This document shows, piece by piece, positions 46,528 through 55,203 of a DNA stretch of 64,000 nt. The DNA comes from an uncultured Rhodobacteraceae bacterium (lineage in GTDB: Bacteria > Pseudomonadota > Alphaproteobacteria > Rhodobacterales > Rhodobacteraceae), in the NCBI GenBank assembly GCA_947493145.1, contig CANLPZ010000002.1, positions 331,364 to 395,363 of the forward strand. Reading direction: 5' to 3'. Made by a program: the position numbers and the translations under genes. Within the stretch, counting starts at the first letter, position 1, and each line of letters opens with the position of its first letter. The notes under the pieces are model-generated. The model made no database searches. It was not told the origin of the DNA and saw only the letters and a list, made by a program, of their open reading frames with translations.

Positions 46528-48072
46528 ATGCAATCGCAAAAAAATGGATCCGCAGAATCGTCGTCATCAACGCCCATTTTGCAATTGGATCAAATCACTA
46601 AAACCTTTCCAGGCGTCAAAGCTTTGGATGCGGTTCGATTGTCACTTTATCCAGGTGAAGTCACCGCACTGATCGGTGAAAACGGTGCCGGAAAATCCAC
46701 CGTCGTAAAAACCTTAACGGGCATCTATCAGCCAGATGGTGGACGGATCTTGTTGGATGGGCAGGCGATCAAATTTGACACCCCCCAAAGCGCGGCAGAC
46801 GCAGGCGTGACAGCGATTCACCAGGAAACCGTCCTGTTTGATGAACTGACCGTCGCGGAAAATATCTTTATTGGTCACGCGCCAAAAACAAAATTCGGTC
46901 TCATTGACAAAACTGCAATGTTTGACCGGACCGCAGAAATTCTGGATGGCATCGGTGCGAAAATCGATGGCCGTGTAAAGCTCAAAGATCTTGGTATTGC
47001 ATCCCGACATTTGGTCGCCATTGCGCGCGCTCTGTCGGTTGATGCCCGTGTCGTGATCATGGATGAACCCACGGCGGCGCTTAGTCAGACTGAGATCGAA
47101 GAGCTTTATGAATTGGTCGACACCCTAAAGGCACAAGGCAAAGCCATTTTGTTTATCTCGCATAAATTCGACGAGATCTTTCGGATCGCCGACCGCTTTA
47201 CCGTTTTTCGCGATGGTCAATTCGTCGGAGAGGGCGAAATTGCCAATGTGCAAGAATCCGACCTCGTTCAAATGATGGTGGGTCGCGCGGTTGATCAGCT
47301 GTTCCCAAAACGGGAAGCGGACATCGGCGAGACAATTCTTGAAGTCAAAGACTATTGCCATCCGACCGAGTTTGAAGACATCAATTTTTCCCTGCGCAAA
47401 GGTGAGATCTTGGGCTTCTATGGATTGGTTGGGGCAGGGCGTTCAGAATTCATGCAGTCGTTGATTGGCATCACACGCCCCTCCAAAGGTTCTGTGGAAG
47501 TTGAAGGCGTGCAGCAAGATATCCGATCCCCTGCAGGTGCGATCGATGCGGGCATTGTGTATGTGCCCGAAGATCGTGGAAAACAAGGCGCTATCACTGA
47601 TTTGCCAATTTTCCAAAACGTCACGCTGCCTTCGTTGAATGCGATTTCTAACAAAGGATTTTTGCAGCTGGCGGAAGAATTCAAACTGGCACGCGAATAT
47701 ACCGAACGTCTGGATCTGCGGGCTGCTTCGCTTGATACAAACGTTGGGGCCCTGTCTGGCGGAAACCAACAAAAGGTTGTTATTGCCAAATGGTTGGCGA
47801 CAAAACCCAAAGTGATCATTTTGGATGAACCAACCAAGGGTATTGATATTGGGTCTAAGGCCGCGGTGCATGACTTCATGTCTGAACTCGCTGCCGAAGG
47901 GCTTTCGGTCATTATGGTCAGCTCTGAAATTCCAGAAATTCTGGGTATGTCTGATCGGGTAATTGTCATGCGCGAGGGGCGTATGGTTGCAGAATTGGAT
48001 GGCGATGACATGAACCCAGAGACGCTTGTGCGTCATGCGGTTGGCATCGCCTCGACGGAGAATGTCACATGA
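46528..48072 (+). CDS. rhaT: rhamnose ABC transporter ATP-binding protein (duplicated ABC)
   Basis: 514 aa. Walker A GENGAGKST, signature LSGGNQQKV, and a second ABC half. Confidence 0.85.
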   Translation: MQSQKNGSAESSSSTPILQLDQITKTFPGVKALDAVRLSLYPGEVTALIGENGAGKSTVVKTLTGIYQPDGGRILLDGQAIKFDTPQSAADAGVTAIHQETVLFDELTVAENIFIGHAPKTKFGLIDKTAMFDRTAEILDGIGAKIDGRVKLKDLGIASRHLVAIARALSVDARVVIMDEPTAALSQTEIEELYELVDTLKAQGKAILFISHKFDEIFRIADRFTVFRDGQFVGEGEIANVQESDLVQMMVGRAVDQLFPKREADIGETILEVKDYCHPTEFEDINFSLRKGEILGFYGLVGAGRSEFMQSLIGITRPSKGSVEVEGVQQDIRSPAGAIDAGIVYVPEDRGKQGAITDLPIFQNVTLPSLNAISNKGFLQLAEEFKLAREYTERLDLRAASLDTNVGALSGGNQQKVVIAKWLATKPKVIILDEPTKGIDIGSKAAVHDFMSELAAEGLSVIMVSSEIPEILGMSDRVIVMREGRMVAELDGDDMNPETLVRHAVGIASTENVT

Positions 48073-49049
48073 TCGCTCACTTAAAATCTCGTGAAGCACT
48101 CCTCATGGGTGCCATAATTGTCCTTGTCTCGCTGGTTGCGACTCGGTTTCCAGGGTTTGTTACCCCATCGAATTTGGTCGCAGTATTCACGGACACATCT
48201 CCGCTGATGATTTTGGCAATCGGTCAGATGGTTGTTATTCTCACGCGGTGTATCGATCTGTCGGTTGCAGCGAACCTTGCGCTAACGGGTATGGTCTGTG
48301 CGATGATCAACGTCGCCATGCCGGATCTGCCTGTGGGCGTGATCCTCGTTGTCTCGTTGGTTATGGGCGCTTTCCTTGGCGCAATTAACGGTATTCTGGT
48401 CTGGAAACTTGATATTCCACCGATCGTTGTGACGCTGGGGACGATGACCATTTTCCGCGGGATTATCTTCTTGCTGACCGAAGGCAAATGGATCAACGCG
48501 CATGAAATGAGTGCGCATTTCACCGCCTTTCCACGTGCAACCATTTTGGGCATGCCAATTCTGGGTTGGTTCGGCATTGTCGTGGCGCTCATTGCTGTTG
48601 TTGCAATGGCACGCACAAAATTAGGCCGTTCGATGTACGCCGTCGGTGGTAACCCACATGCGGCCGTTTATACGGGGATCAATGTCGGGCGCACGCAGTT
48701 CTATGCCTTTGTGATTTCAGGCATGCTGGCTGGTCTGGCGGGATATCTTTGGATCGCACGCTATGCGGTCGCCTATGTTGATATCGCAGCGGGCTTTGAA
48801 CTCGAAGTTGTGGCAGCCTGTGTGATCGGTGGTGTTTCCATCGCTGGGGGTGCAGGGACGATTATCGGCACACTGCTTGGGGCATTGTTCCTTGGCGTTG
48901 TTAAAAACGCCTTGCCAGTCGTTGACATTTCTCCCTTCTGGCAGCTCGCAATTTCCGGCGCAGCTATCATCATCGCTGTTGCTTTCAACGCTCAATCTGG
49001 ACGCTCCAAAGGGCGCGTCATTCTAAAATCCGCGGAGCATGCCCAATGA
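48069..49049 (+). CDS. rhaP: rhamnose ABC transporter permease
   Basis: 326 aa RbsC-like permease. ATGA overlap with rhaT. Confidence 0.8.
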   Translation: MIAHLKSREALLMGAIIVLVSLVATRFPGFVTPSNLVAVFTDTSPLMILAIGQMVVILTRCIDLSVAANLALTGMVCAMINVAMPDLPVGVILVVSLVMGAFLGAINGILVWKLDIPPIVVTLGTMTIFRGIIFLLTEGKWINAHEMSAHFTAFPRATILGMPILGWFGIVVALIAVVAMARTKLGRSMYAVGGNPHAAVYTGINVGRTQFYAFVISGMLAGLAGYLWIARYAVAYVDIAAGFELEVVAACVIGGVSIAGGAGTIIGTLLGALFLGVVKNALPVVDISPFWQLAISGAAIIIAVAFNAQSGRSKGRVILKSAEHAQ

Positions 49050-50041
49050 GCCTTGCTGAAAACACAACCCGTTCTATTCCTGATCGCCTGCGCTCGCCGC
49101 TACGCAGCAAAGTGGTCAGCTGGGAAACCCTACTGTTAGGCGTTGCAATTGGCATCTTTGTCTTCAACTCGTTGGCTTCGCCTTACTTTTTGGACGCTTG
49201 GAACCTTTCTGACGCGACTTTCAACTTCACCGAAAAGGCGATGATCGCTTTCGCCATGGCGCTGTTGATTATTGCGGGTGAAATTGACCTGTCGGTTGCG
49301 GCGATTATTGCTTTGGCTTCGACCGCAATGGGGGTCGCCATGGAAATGGGGGCGGGAACGCCTGTTTTGGTTCTGGTCGGTCTGGGTACTGGTCTGCTCT
49401 GCGGCGCGTTTAACGGTGCACTTGTCACCAAACTTGGCTTGCCGTCCATCGTTGTCACTATCGGTACCATGAGCCTTTTCCGTGGCATCAGCTTTATCAT
49501 TCTGGGTGATGGCGCATTCCGTGGCTATCCGAGCGACTTTTCATGGTTCGGACAGGGCTATGTCTTTTGGGTGATCTCTGTCGAATTGGTGATCTTTGTC
49601 ATCTTGGCAATTTTCTTTGGCATTTTGCTGCACAAAACCAATTTTGGCCGCGCTGTTTATGCCATCGGCAATAATCCAACCGGTGCGTTATTTTCTGGAA
49701 TCCGTGTGGACCGTGTCAAAATGATCCTGTTCCTTATGACCGGATTGATGGCAGGTTTGGCGGCCGTCTGTCTGACGTCGCGCCTTGGATCAACACGCCC
49801 ATCCATTGCCACCGGTATGGAATTGGAAGTTGTCACAATGGTTGTCTTGGGGGGCGTAAACATCCTTGGTGGATCTGGTTCGATCCCAGGCGTTGTGATC
49901 GCGGCCTTTGTGATGGGGTTGGTGACATTTGGTTTAGGTTTGCTCAATGTACCGGGCATCGTAATGTCAATTTTCATCGGCCTGCTGTTGATCGGCGTGA
50001 TTGCCCTGCCGCGCCTTTGGGCGATGTGGCGTAAATCCTGA
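49046..50041 (+). CDS. rhaQ: rhamnose ABC transporter permease
   Basis: 331 aa RbsC-like permease. ATGA overlap with rhaP. Confidence 0.8.
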   Translation: MSLAENTTRSIPDRLRSPLRSKVVSWETLLLGVAIGIFVFNSLASPYFLDAWNLSDATFNFTEKAMIAFAMALLIIAGEIDLSVAAIIALASTAMGVAMEMGAGTPVLVLVGLGTGLLCGAFNGALVTKLGLPSIVVTIGTMSLFRGISFIILGDGAFRGYPSDFSWFGQGYVFWVISVELVIFVILAIFFGILLHKTNFGRAVYAIGNNPTGALFSGIRVDRVKMILFLMTGLMAGLAAVCLTSRLGSTRPSIATGMELEVVTMVVLGGVNILGGSGSIPGVVIAAFVMGLVTFGLGLLNVPGIVMSIFIGLLLIGVIALPRLWAMWRKS

Positions 50042-50055
50042 AAGGTTTGATACAG

Positions 50056-50370
50056 ATGGAAAAATACGCGTTCTGTATGCAACTGAAGCCGGGCAATGTT
50101 GACGAATACCGTCGGCGCCATGATGACATCTGGCCGGAATTGGTCGAGCTTCTTAAAAAGGCTGGAATTGAGGATTATACAATCCATCTTCACCCGTCGA
50201 CGTTGCAGCTTTTCGGTCTTCTGACAAGAACACCAAACCACACTATGGGCTCACTTCCGGATCATCCTGTAATGAAAAAATGGTGGGACCATATGGCTGA
50301 TTTGATGGAGTGTAACCCTGACAACAGCCCTGTGGTCGAAGACCTTACTCAACTGTTTTACATGCCATGA
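50056..50370 (+). CDS. rhaM: L-rhamnose mutarotase (paralog 2; RhaU of rhizobia)
   Basis: MEKYAFCMQLKPGNVDEYRRRHDDIWPELV...KKWWDHM matches the RhaM/YiiL family. ATG 50056 is preferred over TTG 50047. Confidence 0.8.
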   Translation: MEKYAFCMQLKPGNVDEYRRRHDDIWPELVELLKKAGIEDYTIHLHPSTLQLFGLLTRTPNHTMGSLPDHPVMKKWWDHMADLMECNPDNSPVVEDLTQLFYMP

Positions 50371-51743
50371 CCACATCTCAAAGTTACTCCAATATCGCGG
50401 TTATTGATATTGGTAAGACCAACGCCAAACTGGCGTTGGTTGATGCCAAGCGCATGGTTGAAGTTGATGTCGTGACGCGCCCTAACAAGATCTTGAGCAA
50501 CAACCCGTATCCCGAGTTTGACTTGGAAGGTCATTGGGCGTTCCTCGTCGAAAGTCTTGCGAAATTCCAAGCCAGCCATGGCGTTGATGCGATTTCGGTC
50601 ACCACACACGGTGCTTCTATCGTTTTGCTTGATCAAAATGGCGATCTGGCCACCCCCATGTTGGATTATGAACATGCAGCTCCGGATGACATTGTTGAGG
50701 CCTATAAGGCAATTCGACCCAACTTCGATGAAACCGGATCTCCACTTCTGAGTGGTGGGTTAAACGTTGGTGCACAGTTGCATTGGCTTTTCCAGAATGA
50801 CGAAACTCTCTTGGATCGTACGGAACATATTATCACGTACCCGCAGTATTGGGGCTTTAAGCTAACGGGCCATTTTGCCTGCGATGTGACCTCATTGGGA
50901 TGTCACACCGATCTTTGGAACCCAATCTCAGGCGCACCTTCTTCGCTGGTCAAAAAAATGGGGATCGAACACAAGCTGGCTCCGGCGCGCATGTCGTCCG
51001 ATATTCTGGGTACAGTGACGCAAGAGATCTCTGATCAAACAGGGATTCCAACCACCGTACCCGTGGTATGTGGCATCCATGACAGCAACGCTTCCTTAGT
51101 ACCGTACCTTAGCGGTGATATACGCCCGAATTCGGTTGTATCGACCGGCACTTGGGTCATTTGTATGTCGTTGAATGGTGAAGACATGGAATTGGATCCT
51201 TCCAAGGACTGCCTGATCAACGTCAACGCCCTTGGCAATGCGGTGCCGTCTGCACGTTTTATGGGGGGGCGCGAATTCGAGCTGGTGACAGAGGGCAAGC
51301 CCGCACAACCAACACCAGAGGATCGTAAATCGGTCTTGGATCAAGGGCTAATGCTAAAGCCTGCTATCGTGACGGAAAGTGGCCCATTCGCCGGTCAATC
51401 CGGCGGTTGGAACAAAACACCGAAAACCGATGGCGAACGCGACTACGCGTTGTCACTTTACTTGGCTTTGATGACGAACCATTGCCTTGAACTGATCGGC
51501 GCACGTGATCCAATTGTTGTCGAAGGCCCATTTGCGCAAAACCGCGATTATATTGATGCGCTTGCGCAGCTTCGCGAACACCCAATCCAGCTTTCAAAAT
51601 CGGCCACCGGCACCAGCATTGGCGCTGCTATGTTGCTTGCGTCGTATGGTTCGCATGTTTCACTTGAAACAAGACCAATGACCGAAAATGCGGATCTGAA
51701 AGCGTATTGCGACACGTGGAAAGCAAACCTGCCCAGACCTTAA
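50367..51743 (+). CDS. rhaK: FGGY-family carbohydrate kinase (rhizobial-type rhamnulokinase)
   Basis: 458 aa. N-terminal IAVIDIGKTNAKLALVD phosphate-1 motif. ATGA overlap with rhaM. Last gene of rhaRSTPQ-M-K. Confidence 0.75.
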   Translation: MTTSQSYSNIAVIDIGKTNAKLALVDAKRMVEVDVVTRPNKILSNNPYPEFDLEGHWAFLVESLAKFQASHGVDAISVTTHGASIVLLDQNGDLATPMLDYEHAAPDDIVEAYKAIRPNFDETGSPLLSGGLNVGAQLHWLFQNDETLLDRTEHIITYPQYWGFKLTGHFACDVTSLGCHTDLWNPISGAPSSLVKKMGIEHKLAPARMSSDILGTVTQEISDQTGIPTTVPVVCGIHDSNASLVPYLSGDIRPNSVVSTGTWVICMSLNGEDMELDPSKDCLINVNALGNAVPSARFMGGREFELVTEGKPAQPTPEDRKSVLDQGLMLKPAIVTESGPFAGQSGGWNKTPKTDGERDYALSLYLALMTNHCLELIGARDPIVVEGPFAQNRDYIDALAQLREHPIQLSKSATGTSIGAAMLLASYGSHVSLETRPMTENADLKAYCDTWKANLPRP

Positions 51744-51814
51744 AGCGATTTAAGCTCTGGGCGATGGATCATACCTAAATCGCGTCGCGTTTTGGATACC
51801 GCCATGACTGACGT

Positions 51815-52735
51815 TTATTCAGGAATGATCGCGCCTGGATAAGTGACAACGCGGGCCGCAAGATTGTGGCCTGCCTCCATTTGGGCTTGTGTGGTTTCAC
51901 CCTGTAAAAAAGCGGACAGATAGCCCGCGTTAAAGCTGTCGCCGGCTGCTGTGCTGTCGACGACTTTATCGACTGTGTTCAAGTTCTGAGCGACAGTTTT
52001 TCCTTCGAGGTCAAGCGGGCCTTCTGCTCCGCGTTTCAACGCCCCTGTATTCACGCCATAGCCATGCAAACGCGCGACCACGCTTGCTTCGTCGACGTCG
52101 CCAAAGAGTTCCATTTCGTCATCGATAGAGGGCAATGCGATATCAGCCAGCCCCCACATACGCGCGTTGACCTCTTGCGCCGTTGCTTGATCTTCCCACA
52201 GCTTAGGGCGGTAGTTACTGTCATACGCAAATGTACCGCCCGCATTTCGGAACGTTGCAATGAAATCTATGAGTTGGGATCGAACGTTGGCCGGCAAGAT
52301 TGCCATGGAGATTCCCGAAAGATAAATCAGATCAAACTGGTTTAACGTTTCTAATGATATCTCAGCCGGTGTTTGAAAGAGTGTCCGTGCAGCTGCATCT
52401 GAACGCCAGTATGTAAAGCTGCGCTCGCCATGATCATCTGTATCCACGGCGTAAAGACCCGGTATTTTATCTGCACGCGTTTCAATGCAAGATGTGTCCA
52501 AGCCGTAGCGTTCCAGTGATTGTCGAATGATTTCGGAATAGGGATCCGGACCTAACGCGGTACAATAAGAAACTTTGACATCGTTTTGTTTCAGGGCACG
52601 CTTTAGGTAAACAGCTGTGTTGTAGGTATCACCAGCCACACCAAGCGCAATTTTTCCGTCTTTGCCATTTACCAGTTCAATCATGACTTCACCGATACAG
52701 CAGACAGAAAGAATGGGGCGTTTGACTGTGCTCAT
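51815..52735 (-). CDS. kdgK: 2-dehydro-3-deoxygluconokinase (PfkB family)
   Basis: 306 aa. N-terminal CIGEVMIELV and C-terminal VVDSTAAGDSFNAGYL PfkB signature. KdgK-like rather than ribokinase-like in overall pattern. Confidence 0.75.
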   Translation of the reverse strand: MSTVKRPILSVCCIGEVMIELVNGKDGKIALGVAGDTYNTAVYLKRALKQNDVKVSYCTALGPDPYSEIIRQSLERYGLDTSCIETRADKIPGLYAVDTDDHGERSFTYWRSDAAARTLFQTPAEISLETLNQFDLIYLSGISMAILPANVRSQLIDFIATFRNAGGTFAYDSNYRPKLWEDQATAQEVNARMWGLADIALPSIDDEMELFGDVDEASVVARLHGYGVNTGALKRGAEGPLDLEGKTVAQNLNTVDKVVDSTAAGDSFNAGYLSAFLQGETTQAQMEAGHNLAARVVTYPGAIIPE

Positions 52736-53322
52736 TTTAGGGTCTCCGAAAATCTCAAGGGCCTGTTTTAGGCGTTTATGCTAGGTCGCACAGACAGCGT
52801 CGAAACTGTCTGGCGCACGCAATTGGATGGCTTCATAAAATGTCTGGTTGCGACCGACGGCTGATTTGGGTGCCTCTGCAAAGGGGGGCATATTGGCCGT
52901 TGAGGGGACGATCTTTTTTCGTCCTCTGCGCGGATATCTGGCGCTGCCGGACGGTGCGAATTCCAGTAAATGGCAGGTCGAAACGCGTGGGCTGTTCGCC
53001 AAATTGGGCAATTCATGCTGGTAAACGATTGCTCGCCAGATCGCCCTTTGTTCATATGCGCTTGCACTGCTTTTCCCTCGTGCTTGTCCCGCCTCGACTT
53101 GGCAGGCCACAACGATAGGCAGCTTCTAATTTAACAAATCTCGGATATCAAGTGACGAAGCGGCAATCGGCGATTTGGACAAACGATACGGGGTCCGTTT
53201 CAATCACAGACTGTGAATGACAATGCCGGACGGAATTGGGCGAAAAAAGCCGCGCAACAGCGCGTTACCCATAGACAACGGCATTCAAAACCTACGTCGC
53301 AGTTTGGCAAGCCAGAGCTAGA

Positions 53323-54390
53323 TCATTCAGTTTCTGACGACCGCGCCCACAAATTGATGTCTTCTTCGGAACTGATTTCATCAATCTTTGCCAATTCTTC
53401 GTCGCTGAACGTCAGGTTATTGACGACACCTGCGCAATCAATGATTTGTTCTGGACGGGACGCCCCAATGAGAGCCGTCGTCACACGCTCGCCTCTGAGC
53501 ACCCAAGCCAGCGCCATCTGGGCCAATGTTTGGCCGCGTGCCTGTGCGATTTCGTTCAGCGCATGGACACTGGCGAGCGATCGTTCATTGATCATACCAT
53601 CTCGAAGCGATTTTCCCTGCGAGGCACGACTACCTTCGGGGATACCCTTTAAGTATTTTCCGGTCAGGATACCTTGTGCGAGCGGTGTAAATGCGATCGA
53701 TCCCACACCAAGATCATCAAGTGTATCCAACAAACCATCCCGTTCCACCCAACGGTTGAGCAAATTGTACGAAGGTTGGTGGATCAGACAAGGTGTTCCA
53801 AGTTCGTTTAGTATTTTAACCGCTTCACGCGTACGCTGAGAATTGTAACTTGAAATTCCTACATACAAAGCGCGACCTGATCGCACGATATGGTCTAACG
53901 CGCCCATTGTTTCTTCGAGTGGTGTGTCAGGATCAAATCGATGGGAATAAAAGATGTCCACGTAATCGACGCCCAAACGGGCAAGGGATTGATCACAAGA
54001 CGCAATGAGATATTTGCGAGACCCCATTTCACCGTAAGGGCCTGACCACATATTATAACCGGCTTTCGAAGAGATAATCAGCTCATCCCGATACCCCGCA
54101 AAATCAGTTTTTAGAATTTCCCCAAAAGCCTTTTCAGCTGATCCAGGGGGCGGGCCGTAGTTGTTCGCAAGATCAAAGTGGGTGATCCCGTGATCAAATG
54201 CAGTTTGGCACATGGCGCGCTTGTTTTCATGTGTCGAGTCTCCGCCGAAATTATGCCATAAGCCAAGGCTGATCGCAGGAAGCTTTAGACCTGACTTCCC
54301 ACATCGCCGATATTCCATCCGATCATAGCGGCTTGGTTCAGGTGTGTAGGGGGATGAAGCGGGGGCTGGCGGTTGTTGAACTTTTGACAT
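53323..54390 (-). CDS. mgrA: aldo/keto reductase, YghZ/Gpr-type (L-glyceraldehyde 3-phosphate reductase)
   Basis: Start moved to ATG 54390. Colinear with E. coli YghZ as recalled (YRRCGKSGLKLPAISLGLWHNFG, GITHFDLANNYGPPPGSAEKAFG, YVDIFYSHR, LIHQPSYNLLNRWVE, GCIAFTPLAQG-like). Confidence 0.8.
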   Translation of the reverse strand: MSKVQQPPAPASSPYTPEPSRYDRMEYRRCGKSGLKLPAISLGLWHNFGGDSTHENKRAMCQTAFDHGITHFDLANNYGPPPGSAEKAFGEILKTDFAGYRDELIISSKAGYNMWSGPYGEMGSRKYLIASCDQSLARLGVDYVDIFYSHRFDPDTPLEETMGALDHIVRSGRALYVGISSYNSQRTREAVKILNELGTPCLIHQPSYNLLNRWVERDGLLDTLDDLGVGSIAFTPLAQGILTGKYLKGIPEGSRASQGKSLRDGMINERSLASVHALNEIAQARGQTLAQMALAWVLRGERVTTALIGASRPEQIIDCAGVVNNLTFSDEELAKIDEISSEEDINLWARSSETE

Positions 54391-55203
54391 GCCAGCATGT
54401 AAAAACGGATTTATTTGAGAAGTCAAAAAAAATCTTACACACCGTTGAGCCGTGTATGCGACTCTTTTGAAAAAGAGGCAGATTTGCGGCCTGCACCCCA
54501 CAGGAATTTGTCGCGGTTTGCCGCCGGTTCTTTCATCGCACGTTCTGCCATCGGGCAACTGACGGCGCATGTTGCACAGACCGTGGGGCTAACACGCATG
54601 CAATTGGAAGAAAATTTGGGTGTTGGTGTGTTGACGCACTAAAGCTGGCCCCGCTCAATTTTCGGGTTTCGCATTCAGATTGCTAGCCTTGTACTCCAAT
54701 TTGAACGCTGATAAATTTTACGCATGTTCTGTGCGGAAAGGTGACTTACAGAGCTCAGGCTGAGCGGTATACCGAGCGCGCAGAAATATTGAGGAAGAGT
54801 TCGATCACCTGTCGTTTCATATTTCGACGTTTCTATTAAACTTTAGCGACTGTTTTCGAAGGTGAACGTAGCTGCGAAATACGATGTTTCAAACCAGCAG
54901 GTTAGAGACGCAGTGGGGCAATTTGAAAATTTGGCTGGTGGTTGATCTGCCCCAGCGCAAAATGGAAGTTTAAAAATTCTTTATGCGCCATATCGAAAAG
55001 GCCCGTTTTATACGCGCGGCGAATAGAAATGATTTGTTTGCACATAGATCAATTGCGACTGCGGTCATGAACTTGATCCGCACGCAGCCGGTTTGTTTCG
55101 CCTTGTTTGGCGTGCTGAAACGATCTGGCGTAATTTCAACAGGTTTGGATCATACCAACAGTCACCGGCCTTGGTTAGACGTTATGGGATCAATTTTTAA
55201 AAC

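Noticed and set aside
47418-48099. Two long minus-strand ORFs (197 and 218 aa) opposite rhaT. Similar cases are 5568-6263 opposite the SBP gene, 22387-23028 opposite the ATPase, 49657-50241 opposite rhaQ/rhaM, 37882-38418 opposite the LplA-like gene and 61663-62214 opposite the amine-oxidase gene.
   Set aside because: All are embedded antisense to genes with strong family motifs. They lack ribosome-binding sites and have atypical composition. They are consistent with codon-bias-driven open antisense frames.
52768-53118. Three overlapping ORFs (114 and 109 aa on minus, 92 aa on plus) in the spacer upstream of kdgK
   Set aside because: I tried to match them to small conserved alphaproteobacterial families (YjbR/MmcQ-like, DUF1489-like) and found no convincing alignment. 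Mutual overlap in a locally GC-richer patch suggests chance open frames or a decayed gene. They are reported only as part of the long-spacer finding.
54415-54642. 75-aa ORF with an XRE-HTH-like C-terminal fragment
   Set aside because: The similarity covers only ~20 residues and ends at a stop before the recognition helix would be complete. The downstream frames do not continue an HTH domain. At best it is a pseudogene fragment.
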